Part shown: one piece after another, positions 23,420 to 38,114 of the stretch
Position numbering within the stretch: position 1 is the stretch's first letter
Layout of the letters: each line of letters opens with the position of its first letter
Assembly (NCBI RefSeq): GCF_006345805.1
Contig: NC_042999.1
Span: 111,476,001 to 111,540,000, forward strand
Length of the DNA: 64,000 nt
DNA from: Octopus sinensis
Lineage: Eukaryota
Reading direction: 5' to 3'
Notes under the pieces: model-generated
Databases searched by the model: none
What the model was told of the DNA's origin: nothing
What the model saw: only the letters and a program-made list of their open reading frames with translations
Position numbers and translations under genes: made by a program

Positions 23420-24913
23420 TGCATCGACGTCGCTTTGAGCGGTCAGTTTAACTGTCGTTCGCTCAATTGAGCTAGCTATTGATTTGATTAGAGTAGAAGT
23501 GATTGAACATCTCACAGACGCATGCTGACTCAGATTAACACAATATATGAACAAGATTCAACATTTTCATTCTAAGTTCAATCGAGAGCAAAATAATAGC
23601 ATAGAAAATAGAATAGATTCTCACAATTCGACAAAAGTTTTATCATCAATTACTAGATCCTTCTCCAAAAAGTCTTTTGAAAATGTTCAACGCTATTAAT
23701 GTGAAATAGTTCAGTGTGATAATCATCATCAGAAATGCAATTTTGTTTGAGTAAAGTAATGGTTAAGAGCTTTGTGACGATTGCATTGGTAGTTTTCATC
23801 TACATTTCGTTTCGTAGCTTCTGAATTATATACATAGTAAGCACTAGTGTTGGATTTTATGTAGGTATTCGATATTAGTTTCATACATTTTTGTTTTTTG
23901 CGAGGAAGAACCATGCGCGTGCTTGGGACTTCTGAATGTCGCTACAAACGTGTAATTCCTTAAAAGTTATTGAATAAATTTTACAGTTCAAACTTTATAG
24001 TAAACTGGAATCTTTAGAATCGATTTCTTTGTTGTCAGAGGAGAGTAAACCTGACATCTGAACCTAAAACTGATTTACTTGTCATTATCTCTATCAATTG
24101 CTTGTTTGTTTGTTTGTTGGTGTATGAGTGAGTGTGTGTGTATGTGTGTATATATGTGCGTATGTGTGTATGTGTACACATGCATTTATACGTATGTTTC
24201 CCGTAAGTGGGGGTGCAAGAACTTATATATATATATATATATACATATATAAGCTTATGTATTCCAAAGAAGGGAAGCTGTTTAAGTTTATCCCAGGATA
24301 GTTTTTGAAATAGATGGCATTGTGCAGGGTTTTAGAAGTAAAATAATGTCGTAGTTGGAGTTCTTACTATGTGTTATGTCCTCTACAGAACAGTGATATA
24401 ATCCACAGTTGCCGTCACATCTTGGTGTTTTAATGTCTTCACTTACTCGTTTGCTAATTAGATGTTTGGTAGCTATAACATGTTCTCGAATTGCAAAATC
24501 ACCGGCTCCCAAATGTGGTATTATGTAACGGTCTCGAATTAAAGAGCAGCTAAATTTCAGGCTCACATAATCATCTTCAAGGTTACGAGAAACATACTCC
24601 TGCATAACTTTCTTGTGTTAAGCATTGTATGTCTTTCCTGCTATGCATTATATGTATCTGCTATGCATTGTGTGTACATGTAAGTACACACACACACAAA
24701 CACACATCTACCGATTAAATGGACACACACACGTTCACACATATACATATATGTATATGTATATATATATATTTATATATATATATATGAATATATATAC
24801 ATGAATATAAACACACACATATCTATACGCATACATATATATATATACACACATAGAGTGACAGATAGATCATACACATATGCATAAATACATATATAAA
24901 TGCACCTATATTT

Positions 24914-24953
<40 letters not shown>

Positions 24954-24954
24954 A

Positions 24955-24972
24955 TTATTATTATTATTATTA

Positions 24973-25013
<41 letters not shown>

Positions 25014-25025
25014 CATTATTATTAT
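24955..25025. repeat. (ATT)n microsatellite
   Basis: Directly visible. Similar tracts occur at 35730-35870, 36040-36100, 51245-51307 and 52980-53125. Confidence 0.95.
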
Positions 25026-26140
25026 TAAATATATGCCTGCTTACATGCATATGCAACTTTATGAGAGCGCGTGTGTAAGCTGGTGCTTGCATGCATGCAC
25101 ATTTGAGATGCATGTTGTTAATATGTATGTAATATGTGTGTATGTGTGCATTTATACGCACACACACATTCACATATATATGTATGGACAATTTAAAAGA
25201 ATTTGAGAAAGAAAACGTTTCAGTAATGTTCCCCAGTTTCCCTACGACTGTCCTTCAGTTATTTTGAAAAGTCTAAGTTGGATAATTAGGGTCAATGTAC
25301 ATGTTTGGCTTCGTGTATTTGAATCAACAGCTCGAGGCATTTTAAATATATATTTCTTTAACTTGGATCTTCAATTTTTCATTGCCACCATCATTCTTTC
25401 ATTTGTTTCATTTATATTTACTGAATTGTATTCTGAATTTCTTTCTTTTCTGTTTTTTATTTATTTATTTATTTATTTATTTTTTTGTTATTCCTTCCTT
25501 TATCTGAAAGTATTTCACAATATGAATTTTATCTTCTGAATATATGTATATGAGTGTGTGCCTGTGTGTATACCTTTGTGAATATATGTAGATGAGTTTG
25601 TACGTATTTATTTATGTGTGTGTCTTTTCAGTAAGTCAATCCAACGTTATTTTCGAATATTCTTCTATGCTAAGAAATTATTTTCTAAGACAAAAAAATA
25701 GGACAAAACAAATGGTGTTTTATAGGACCATCATGGACTGTACCTATGCAAACACTAAAGAAAAAATTATCTAATTAGAAAGTAGAAAAAAATTAACATG
25801 ATTATCAAGAACTCAGATCATAGTTCACTCATTAACATCATCTGGTCAGTAATGTTTAATCATTAAACTAAATTTCAATTATTAAATGTTTAATTGTTAA
25901 AGTAAAGTTTAATTATTAAAGATGAATTTGTTACATGATTTCTATGTCGTTTCTGTCGAAACCTTGGTTTTAAATTACCACTGTGTAGAGAGAAATCGTC
26001 AACAGAAGTGTTGTCTTGTGTAATTCGGAATGAAATTGAAATTATTAATTATGCAGTACAAGCTGTATTAGAATTTCTTAGGTAAAATTAAATCTTGCCT
26101 TGGTTTACTGTAAGGAAACTACACAGTCATAGATACCCTT

Positions 26141-26325
26141 TTTTACTCTCGACAGAAGGCCCGAAATTTGTGGGGAGAGGCCAGTCGATTAGTACTGGTA
26201 CTTAATTTATCGATCCCGAAAGGCAAAGTCGACCTCGGCGGAATTTGAACTCAGAACATAAACTCAGACAAAATACGCTAAGCATTTCGCCCGGTATGCT
26301 AACATTTCTGCCAGCTCGCCGCCTT
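26141..26325 (-). mobile_element. SINE family B
   Basis: GCCAGCTCGCCGCC head (as reverse complement), GGAATTTGAACTC B box and central box. Confidence 0.85.
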
Positions 26326-26379
26326 ACATGGTCATAGATTCTGCAACATTTATTTATCGGCTTTTTTCAACATGTATAA

Positions 26380-26620
26380 CCGAATGGCCAAGTGGCTAAG
26401 TTGTAGCACTTATGATCGTGAGATTGTTGTTTCGATATCTGGACCGGGGTGAGTTGTGTTCTTGAATAAAACACTTCACTTCACGTTGCTCTAATTCACT
26501 CAACCGTAAAAGGAGTTATCTTGGGACGAACTAACATGCCGTTTAAAGGAAATGTCATCTCAGTCACTTATACGCTCTGGAAATAGAGTAACTCTCCCTA
26601 TGAATCTTAAAACTTCCACT
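26380..26620 (+). mobile_element. SINE family C, diverged
   Basis: TGGCCAAGTGG A box and CACTTCACGTTGCTC shared with the 14703 copy. Confidence 0.6.
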
Positions 26621-28842
26621 TTTCTTCCTAACTTCTAAGCACAAGATCCCATATTTTTTGGTAATGTTTATGTACGACTGAAATATTTGAATATACTATT
26701 TTATTGACTTCAAGTTAAAGCTGCCCCAGTTCACGTTTAAAAAGATTGTGAACTAAGCACAAGATTAAACACCATGACAAATGTAGACTAGAATCAATTT
26801 TCTCTACTATAATACTAGCTTTTGTACTAAAAGTCTATGACAAAATAATTTGTTTTATCTGTTTCCGTTATTTAACAGTTTCAAGTTAAAATAGTGTTCA
26901 CTTTCTATTCTATCATTCTGTTGTTAATAAAATAAATACTGTAAAAATCATTTCAACTCGCCTACTTCGCAAATGTATTTTGTTATAAAAGTAACACAAT
27001 TCATTAGATCGATTCCGTTTTCTTATTAATAGTTATTTAATTACACACTAGAAATATGGAAATAATTTCCGTATTCATTTTCTAGAAAATAAGAGAAATT
27101 TGAACTCAGAAACATGTAACTATAAAGTCGTTATTACAATGTATATATGCCGGAATTCTAGCATTTCTACCAATTAACTTGCACTTGTAATCGACATAAT
27201 GATAATCGTTTACCACCCTCGTAACTATTTTTGTAACCTTTTAGTTCTCGAAATTGAAAATAATATAATAAAAGGCAAGTCAAAGCTTGCATGAATGTGT
27301 ATTGATGTTTTTTTCTCCTAAGATTTAAATTCTGACTCAGAAATGACAAAGCTGAACTATCACTCGATTCATTCTATTCACAATAAGATGACTGGGTTCA
27401 TGAAGTATGAGTAGACGGATATTATTATGAGATTCTTTTTATATGGAAAAGATTTAGAATGATTTACAAGTTATGTTTATTTTTAATCAGATTTTGTTTA
27501 AATTCTTCATCGCACCATGAACTCCAATCAAGTTACTGTTCTCTCTATTATTTTCATATAAAATATACGGCTATTAATGGTGCACTACGATTACACGTTA
27601 CTTCATATCACTGCTGCTTACATCATCCATCCATTTGCCCCCTTTATTATTTGTGTATTTTATCCGTTGATTTATTAATTTATATGTTACCCTTTCAAAT
27701 AGGAATTCATACATCTAGTGAAACTTCTAAAAAAGAAACATTCATACACGTTGAATAGTCTGTTAATTTTACCTGGAAAATGAGACCGCCTATATGGCTA
27801 AGCGCTATCACATATGATGACTACCTTATAAATACTAAATAATTCATAAAGAATGCCAAAAGACTCTTCCAACGTAACGGACAAAACAGCTCAAAATGAT
27901 ACTTGAAAGAAAGGGGCTTTATTACTGATCTTTTTAAATATTTAAAATAAAACTATAATATAAACAAAATTTCGTTGAGTCGTCAAGAAATACATCAACA
28001 AGCTATATCTCAACACCAACTGTACGCAATAGCCTCATCCTCCAAAACGTCAACACGTACCATGCTGGGGTGTAGTAGAATTTCATATTTAGTAGAAATA
28101 TTTCATAACTCTCGAATGCTTAACTACACTAACTATAGCAATCTCAGATCTTTTCGTTAACCCGAAGAGAGCAAACACGAAACCGGTTCAGTATATTCTT
28201 TTGTTTACTTACAAATTTTAGTTATTAGACTGTGACCATGTTGGAGCAACGCTTTCAAGGGTTTAGTCGAACTTTTGGATACACGTATGCATTTCAATTT
28301 GGCACTTAAATCAAGGAGATATATTTGTCGAACCGTCTTATGACGAGACGCACTGAAACACAGTACAAAAACGAGTTTTAAACAGGTGTAAACGTACACA
28401 CGAACAGAGATATAAACATGTACATAAACACAAGCATAAACACATATACATATGCACAAACATATATATAACCACTTATACACATACACACAAACATAAA
28501 CACATATACATCTACACACACAAACATACAAACATATATATGTGAATATACACAAGCATGAACACATACGCTTGCATACACAGAAGCGTACCCATATTAT
28601 TTTTCAATCATTGCTTTGAAGTATACTTCACTGGTATTATAGTATTGAATTTCTAACTTTGAGTATCCTAATACAACATGCAGACATAGACACGTGTGTA
28701 TATTTCTCTATAATTTTGTCAGCTATTCTCACTGGTGATGCACTTTATATTATGTTTTTGAGATCAGACAGATCTAAAAATAAGGCAAATTCCATGTGTG
28801 CAGACATAGCATCTACAGGGTTATTTTAATGTTCTACTACAT

Positions 28843-28844
<2 letters not shown>

Positions 28845-28936
<92 letters not shown>

Positions 28937-28940
28937 GTCT
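28845..28940. repeat. (ATCT)n microsatellite within compound SSR 28845-29320
   Basis: Directly visible. It explains the 238-aa YLSI-repeat ORF. Confidence 0.95.
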
Positions 28941-28968
28941 ATTTATATTTCTTTCTATCTATCTATAT

Positions 28969-29001
<33 letters not shown>

Positions 29002-29212
29002 CATACATATATATGTATGTATATATGTATGTATAATGTATGTATATATACATATATATACATACATATATATGTATGTATATATGTATGTATGTATAAT
29101 GTATGTATGTGTGTGTGAGTATACTTATCTTTCACTCTCTATATCTCTCTGTTTATATATATATATATATATTATATATATATATATATGTGTGTGTGTG
29201 TGGTGTGTCTCT

Positions 29213-29320
<108 letters not shown>

Positions 29321-29772
29321 CGTTGCTCACACATGACCACCGGCTATCTCTCTCTTTCTTCTTCTTGCTTTACAATAGACGAGACACACTTTTGCCTGTC
29401 TCCTGTCAAGCTCGTTTCTTCAGCGTTCACCACTTCACTGTGTGATGGCTTAACAGCCCTTACCGTTTGTTTTTACTGTTTCTTCCGCAAAACACAAATT
29501 TTATTTAATTAGCTTTGCGGGAACGACTGTCGCGTCTTGTCCCAACGTTTGAAATGCAGTGTAGATAAAACAGGGGACAACTGATGAAGGGATTGTTCTT
29601 TATGTTGCCTGTCTTCTTCTCTATTTGTTTCTTCTGTTGTTCAAAAACAGAAGTTCGTTTTCCATGTTTTTGTTTTTATGTTCTCGTTTTTCATTTTATT
29701 CCCACTTTTTGACGTCCTGTACCCATAAATGCATGTATATATACATATATATGTAGGTATGTACATATAGGC

Positions 29773-29834
<62 letters not shown>

Positions 29835-29843
29835 CTTTGTATA

Positions 29844-30205
29844 TTCTTTCATTCTTTTACTTGATTCAGTCTGTGGCCATGATGGAGCACTGCCTTGAGG
29901 GGTTATAGGCGAGCAAATCGACCCCAGGACATATTTCTAAGCCTACGTTACGGGAAAATAAGCACACCAACACCGGTTGTCAAGCGGTGATGGTGGGAAT
30001 AGATACAGACAAAAAAACAGACACACACTCATACATATGCACGACGGACTTCTTTCAGTATCCACCTGCCGAATCCACTTACTAGTCTTTAGCTGGCCTC
30101 GGGCTATAGTAAAAGACACTTGCTCAAGGTGCCATACTGTGGGATTGAACCTGGAACCATGTGGTTGGGAAGCAAGCTTCTTGCAACATAGCTACCCCTG
30201 CACCT
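29844..30205 (-). mobile_element. SINE family A
   Basis: Full-length similarity to the 45365 copy. Confidence 0.85.
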
Positions 30206-30231
30206 ATATATATATGTATGTATATATATAT

Positions 30232-30307
<76 letters not shown>

Positions 30308-30865
30308 GTACATACATACACATATGCGTCTGTGTGCACACACACACACACACATATGTATATATATATATATATATAGGGAAAGAGAGACTGACAGATA
30401 GGTATATATACATACACACACACATATTTAATTAGATAATAGTTCTTAAGGCCGAAACAATATCAACTGAGATTTTAAAATGGTGGAAACAATAATATTT
30501 GAAATTTTACCTTGTATTTGTTCGATATTTCTGAGTTACGACTCCTTCTTTAGGATACATGTGGAATGGAATAAGGATCATCTCATTGCTGAGATATGTG
30601 GAAGAGGATAGTGACATGCGCAGACTGATCTTGTCTTAACAACCAGTCTTTTTCGTGTAATTGTTGTCCGTTGTTTACTGTTGGTTCCAGTGTATGAAAT
30701 AACATAGACTTGTTGGTTCGATGGTTGCCTGTGTTACGTTTCGTAGCCTTAATGGGTACAAATTCTTTATGATAGAAGTATGGCATTATCACCAATATCA
30801 GTCATGTAAGGAAAGTATTCCATAGAGCAATCCTAAATAGATTTAAACCTTAAGCAGGATGCATC

Positions 30866-31870
30866 ATATCGGGCTTTCGTAAGAACAGATTCTTTACTGG
30901 AAATCCGTACGCTCTGTGAGAAACAACTAAAGCACACTATCTGTGTCTCATAGACTTGAAAAAGCATTTTATAGAGTACAGTATGGTGTTCTATAGGCTA
31001 AAATCAAAAACTGTAAAGTGGAGAAAAAGCTGTCATATCCAACGGCTTTATACCAAAACAGCCAGAACCCCAACAGTAAGAGTTTACCCTCCCTACCATC
31101 TTCGGCATCTTAGACCGAAACATAACTGATTGATGCCCTTCAATTCAATATAGGCACACTCAGTATGGAAGGTTGGAACACAACAAATTTTAGATTGTTG
31201 ATGACATTGATGGACTAGCTGGAAGCGAAAATGTATTAACTGAAATACTTCAAACACTTTAATAGAGCTTCCAGCAATTACGGAATGGAAATCAATGCTA
31301 AAAGATCCAAACTTATGACAAATGCCTACAGTACAATCTCAACAGGCATCTCAGTACGAGGAAAGAAATTAGAGAGACTAAATCAGTTCACACAGCTGGG
31401 AGCAATCATTTATGATATAGAATCAAGGCCTAAAATCTACGCAATGACTGCAGGAACCAGACTGAAGCTACTATGAACAACAAACTAGGACGCATGCGTG
31501 CACTGATACTTCTCACCTTCCTGCAGGCATTCAGGACGTGGACACTCACGGCAGCAATGTACATGAAGAGATAGACATTGGAAATGAGCTGCAACCACAT
31601 GGTCTTATGCAATCCATATTTGAACGAAATCACGAACCGAACAGCGGTGAAGTAAAGAAACCTGTGAGGATATAGCCTTGTAACAAGTTCCAGTGGTCTT
31701 GTAGAGACCGTTCTTCTAGGTACTTTAAGAGGAGAAAGAAAGATGATGAAAAGAGGAAAATATGGGTAGATCACATCAAGGTGTGAACTGAGAAATTTCA
31801 AGCCGTCCCGCTCTATGTACACAACTGAATCGGATGAAGACAACTGGATTTATAACAACGGTGTCCCTAT
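30866..31870 (+). pseudogene. Decayed RTE-clade LINE reverse transcriptase fragment
   Basis: GFR..., IDLKKAF, DDIDGLAGSE, YGMEINAKRSKLMTN and GKKLERLNQFTQLGAII motifs across frameshifts and stops. Confidence 0.8.
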
Positions 31871-31950
31871 GACTCCATTCGTAGTTGTGGCCACAAGACG
31901 ATACATGTATACAACTGTTTTTCTATCTATCTAAATACATGTGTGTGTGC

Positions 31951-31990
<40 letters not shown>

Positions 31991-32134
31991 TTGAGTAGTT
32001 GAATGAATTATCTTATTAAGGATAATTCGAAAGATAACCGATACCTGGGTAGCAAATTCCCATCAGAAAGAATACGGTTGAAGCTACATCCCTAGGGCAT
32101 AGACTACGTGTCTTCGTGCGGAAATTTGTATGTT

Positions 32135-32271
32135 TATTTTAAAATTATAAGTATATGAAAGAATGGAGTTGAACGACAAGTTAACAAATATCCTTTATTT
32201 GTCGAGAATAAAGGATATTTGTTAACTAGTCGTTCAACTCCATTCTTTCATATACTTATAATTTTAAAATA
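32135..32271. repeat. 65-bp inverted repeat (1 mismatch, 7-nt spacer TGTCGAG)
   Basis: Arms 32135-32199 and 32207-32271. The right arm runs into (TA)n. Confidence 0.92.
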
Positions 32272-32304
<33 letters not shown>

Positions 32305-33989
32305 TTATGTATGTATGTATGTATATATAAATATATATATACAGTTGGTAATTCTTTAGCCGAAGTGTTATGTGATTAAAACTGATTCGGATTTCATAAT
32401 TAATATAAATTTACCTCTATAAGACACAGTACCTCACGCTTGGAAGCTACGTCCATATAAATACGTTAACCATCTACATTTCCATAATAAAGTTAAGAAT
32501 ACAAGGAAGTAGTTGTGCGAGGGTGAGTCAGAAAGTAATGCAATTTATATTTGCATCATTTTTTACTTACCTTTGGACGTAACTTTGGTGCACGTTCAAT
32601 TTCGCATGACGTGAGTCAGTTTCACCGTAGGAACCTTTTCTTTTTCGCCAAAATATATTGGCTTGTATACTTTTACTTTGGCTTGCAAACTCCATAAAAC
32701 AGCTCTTGTCACTTTCTCGCTTGGCACTTTCGCTTTATATGTATCTTCATTATCAACTCTTTTTACATCATCTTTGTGAACAAATGATCAAATATGATTA
32801 GATTAATTTCCTTATAATTCCTCCGTTTATAATTTTAACATCGATAAATTTCAATTAAATAGTGATATAACTTTATAAAGATTATACGATCATAAATAGT
32901 AAAATATGAAAAGTATCGTAATGAAACATTTTTAGTTGTCTGATATAGGCCCACAGATGTCGAAAAGGATGCCTGCTTAATTCGCTTAATCAGTGAGGAT
33001 TTACAACCAATGATCTACGAACAAATAGTAAATACCACGTGACCTGCCATCCCCATTTATTTTATAAAACATTCATAAAAACAAGGAAATTAAGAAATAT
33101 GTGAGATAACGCTGATCTTGGAAATTAACGCTTTCGTTTTCTTTTTTAAAATAATATTACCCTAGCGTTAAGAATTCCAATAGACAATGGTGTTATAGCA
33201 TTTAAAAAGTTAAAGAAATTAAGAATATGCAGAGCTAGAAAAATTTTCAGCTAATACTCGCCCAGCACCAGAGTAATAAGTGCAATTTGCAGCATATCAA
33301 ACTACTTTCACATTATAGAAAATCAAATTTATGTGAAACTAACTTTTATGAAGGTGAACGTGGTATGTTATATTTCAGGATCATCAAAATAAGTCGCAAG
33401 CATTTATAAAATAGAAGGAAGATCAAGGTGTTAAATATGGTTCTCTCTGTTTGGTATCTTTTAAAAGCCAAGGAAATGAAGTCTTACGTTACAGTGCAAA
33501 GTTCAATTCCTCTACTGCACGCTGGTTTTGTTAAGGACCTTGTATCTTCTTCGCGTATGATGAGATCTTTCATAGCTTTGCAAATATAGATAGTATCTAT
33601 CAGATATTTTCCTCGCACGCCTAATATGTACTAAAGTGTTGAATTTGTAATGAAACGTATTGAAGTCATGTGATAACCAAATTAGTCGGAGTTTGCAGGT
33701 ATACACTATTCATTTTGTTTCCTTTAACCTGACCAACAAGTTTTTCAACATGATGAGATCGCTCTAATAATTCAATTTCTGCTATCAATCAGATGTTATG
33801 AATCAGCTATCAAGATTATAATGCTCTAAATATTAAAAGTCGTTTCATCAAAACAAAGTTCATTGACTTATACTGATTGTAATGAAACAGAAATAAACAA
33901 AACTCATTTTAAATAACTCAGTAGGTTAAATATTTCAGAAATGGTATTTAAAATATTGCCCTCATTAAAAAACGATCTTCATTCATTTA

Positions 33990-34450
33990 ATCTTCCCTGC
34001 TACCAGAAATGTATTTTTCCGAAATACTTTTCAGTAATATGTTTAAGATCACTAACCTTTTACACCCAGCAAAACCTATGATAATCCTGTTAATGAAGAA
34101 ATATTCATCAATACCCCTTCCCATCAAAAGTCTAATTATGCGCTTTAAAGAACTAAGATTATTGAACAGTATTCTACACAAAATCGTCTTCCTCTCGGTG
34201 CATATTGAATGTGAAAATCTATTAATTTAATGGCATTTCTCCAGTATTTTAAACCAGTTAAGACTTATTTCCATAGAAATCAATAAAGATGTATTAAAAA
34301 GAAACATCAGTTTTTCTAATTACCAAACTCCTTTGCTCTTTGACCGTGGAATATATCAATCAGGGAACGCTTCTGTCAGTGTCTTAGCTTTTAGATTATA
34401 TTTGCATAATGGATAAAATTTCATATCCACCAAAAGTTTTCTCATTCTTA
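33990..34450 (+). pseudogene. Possible highly decayed CR1/L2-like LINE 3' end
   Basis: Only weak resemblance of translated fragments (LRLLN...NRL; FF...WN) to CR1-type C-termini. Confidence 0.25.
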
Positions 34451-36040
34451 AGATATTCATATATTTATCTATTCCTTTAATTTTTTTCCTAATTTCTTCA
34501 AGAAAATAAAGAAATGGCTGTTATTTGTTGAAATACCGCATATGTTTGATTAGTTATTTTGTGTTTATATTATAGTGGCATAAGTTGAGTAGATCTATAA
34601 AGACAGATTTTTTTCAGTCAGAGAAAGAAGAGCAGCCTAATGATAATGGCATTATTTCGTGGTAGCGCACCCTTGGAGGAAAAGGTAACACCACTCCTGT
34701 TGTGCTTAAGTAGGAAGAAAGCATAAATATATCAAGCAAATCTTTACATTATTCCGAATGTCTGAAAGTTAGTGAAATCAGCTTGTGTTAAATAAAGATA
34801 TTAATTGTATTCCTGGAGAAGTTTTCTTTTCTTAAACATCTAAGCACATACAAGGGGGTGCTGAAAAGAATATACAAGAGGATCAATTAATTATGATTTT
34901 ATTCAACGTATTGCCCTCTCAGAAGGGAATAATATCACACAATGCTTCACCCAAACTATTCTATGTATATATGCGTATGTGTGCGTGTGTGCGTGTGTGC
35001 GTGTGTGCGTGTGTGCGTGTGTGCGTGTGTATGTGTGTATGTGTGTTTGTATATACGAGATACATGACAAATATATGCATGAGGAGTGTATGTGAGTTTA
35101 TGTGTGTATGTATATATGTGTGTGTGTGTGCTCGTGCTTTCGACGAACATTTTGTATGTAAACTTACCAAATATGCCCGAGACACAGATCACCGGACATG
35201 TATAGTCCATTCTTCGGACAACTATATAGCCACATACACACACATGTATACACATGCATACACAGACACACACACACACACATATATATATATCATAAAT
35301 ATTATTTCATATGATATATATATATACATATACAGACGAGGGCCACGGACACGTATAATGCAATCAACAACCATATGAATTTGGGGTTGGTGCTTTACAT
35401 AAAGGTATACTGTTTGTAACATTTTAACTTTGAACATGACATTAAACTCTTAAAGTTTTAATGAAAACCAAATCCTAAAAGAGATTAAAAAAAGAAAAGA
35501 AAAAACACAGAAACTATGATTCAGAAGAAGACATTTCCATATCCCTGTAAAAGATATCGACTCCTCAGCGTTCATTCCTACACTGCAATGGTATCATTTT
35601 GCCAATTATTTCTGCACTGGTTTCATTGCCAGTTTATATCAAACAAGTTTATTAATTAGTTACTCAAACTCAAGGAAGATGCCAAAGAAGAAATTTTTAT
35701 CATTATTTTTAATTTATATATTTCTTTTTATTATTATCATTGTTATTATTATTATTATAAATATTATTATTGTTATTATTATTATTATTATTATTATCAT
35801 TATTATTATATTATTATTATTATTATTATTATTATATTATTATTATTATTATTATTATTGTTATCATCATCATCATTATCATTTATTTATTCATTTATAT
35901 CATTATTGTTATTATTTATTTACTTAATTATTTATTTGTGTATTTATTGACAATTTTATTATCTGCTTAGTTCATTTACTGTAATTTTGTATCTTCATCG
36001 TCTTCGTTTTCTAGAATATTCCGGATTCAGTCAACTAAAC

Positions 36041-36073
<33 letters not shown>

Positions 36074-36339
36074 GTTGTTGTTGTTGTTATTATTATTAAT
36101 TACTTTAAAAAATATGTGTTTTCTTTAGTTAATTTTATTTTTCGTTCTTCTTTTAAAAATTTGTTTCTTATTGTTTCAAAATTTTTGTTTAGCGATGATG
36201 AAGAAATATCCAGTTTGACTATGACTGACACATCAGTGACTTCTGATACTCATGATATTGATAATTGCTCTGATCTTGGTCGTGATCATTATCGTATTTC
36301 TGATTATTACCGTCGTCATTGTCGTCAGCATCATCACCA

Positions 36340-36630
36340 TCAGCAGCAGCAGGCGTAACATCATCATCATCATCATCATCATCATCGTTAACGTTGGTGT
36401 TGGTGGAGGTGCTGTTGGTGTTGGTGTTGGTGTTGTTGGTGCCAGTTTTATTGGTGATGAGGATGATGTTGTTGATGAGATGATGGTGAGGGGGAGGAGG
36501 AAGAAGAAGAAGAAGAAGGTGAAGAAGAAGGGAAGAAAAAAGAAGAAAAAGTGGGGAGGAGGAGGAGGAGGAGGAGGAGGAACAGGTAATGGTGGTAGTG
36601 GTGGTGGTGGTGGTGGTGGTGGTGGTGGTG
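36340..36630. repeat. Compound trinucleotide SSR (CAT/GTT/GAA/GGA/GGT)
   Basis: Directly visible. A similar CTT/CTA block lies at 57930-58210. Confidence 0.9.
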
Positions 36631-36931
36631 AAGGAAAACAAGAAAGAGGCTTATAACGATGGTGAAGATGACTAGGACGACTGCGGTAGTGATAAGTAAC
36701 AACATGACAATGATACTAGATGATCTATAAAAATGTCGTCTTGTTCATCTATGACTGTAAAAGTAATGACCAAATTTGATTTCGGTGTGGGAACAGAATG
36801 TGATTCTAGAATAATTACAGTTGTATTATCAATTACGTAAGTTTTACCTATCTTTTTATCTATCTATCTACTTATGCGTGTCTGTGTGCGTGTGTGTCTG
36901 TGTATGTATGTATATGTTCATGTATGTATAT

Positions 36932-37014
<83 letters not shown>

Positions 37015-37658
37015 ATAGAGAGCTAGCCATTATGGTCGACTTTTAGAGCTTGATGTGGATCGTGTAGTCATTATTGGTGCTGGTATGTTGCTATTGTATA
37101 CCAGTCATGGGTGTGCAGTCCTATGTCATATACAGATGGTCAGTTGCTGTTATTGTTTATGCTGAGGTACCCCATGACCCAAGAGACACGTGACGAAAAG
37201 CTTTCCAACAGTTGCCGTCCTGCTTTTTTGTATATCAGGGATCAAATCGACTTGACAAAATAACTTGTAAATTCTTTTAGGTTTACTTCACAGATATCAC
37301 TAAACTCACGAGGTGCAGGGAGGAAGAGTATCTCTTTCATTCAATAGATATAAGATTCTAATCGAAGGAACTCAATAAAACATTTAAAGAAAGAAAAATA
37401 TTATAACAGCATATATATATCAATGTGGTTTGCTGCATTGCCTCGTTAACAACACAAAAGATCCGTGGTCATAAAGGTGACTGCGATACCAGTAGATATG
37501 CCTGATTAGTTTCTCAAGACTTCGTCAAGGATTATGTTAGGCTCCAGGTAAACTCTTGATTTATTTTACTCACCCTCTTTTTCTCTTTCTCTCTCCCTCT
37601 CTCCCTCTCTCTCCCTCCCTCCCTCTCTCTCCCTCTCTCTCCCTCCCTTCTGTCTCTA

Positions 37659-38063
37659 TCTCTTTATATATATATATATTATATATATATATATAACGGT
37701 AGTTTGTCTGTGCGTGTTTCTGTGTGTCTGTTTGCTTGTACCCTCACCCTGACCACGGCTTTCAACTGATTCTGATGAAACTTGACACACATATAGCCCA
37801 ATGTCATAATTCAAAACTAACGCAGCGAAAATTTTGAAAAGTTCCCCCAGTTCTGAAAAAAATCGATAAATTCGACATGGGGTCGAGAATCAGAAACACA
37901 AACCAAAAACTGTCATGGGGACGCAACTCCACCTTTTTTAACTAAAAAAAAAATTTACCATCATTTTTTTCCATTTTTTTGCTATTTTTTGGCTATAACT
38001 CTCTAAAAATGCTTTATAGTTATTTCCCTTACAAACCTGAGCAACGCCGGGCGATACTGCTAG
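37659..38063 (+). mobile_element. Non-autonomous Helitron-like element
   Basis: Starts TC after A (37659) and ends with a GC-rich hairpin plus CTAG (38060-38063) before T. No TSD. Confidence 0.75.

Positions 38064-38114
<51 letters not shown>

Noticed and set aside
32517-32545. mariner-like TIR start (CGAGGGTGAGTCAGAAAGTAATGC), similar stub at about 34846-34868
   Set aside because: No matching second TIR or transposase found, so no element can be delimited.
37772-37790. CTGATGAAAC in the Helitron-like element
   Set aside because: No stem II or NUH context.
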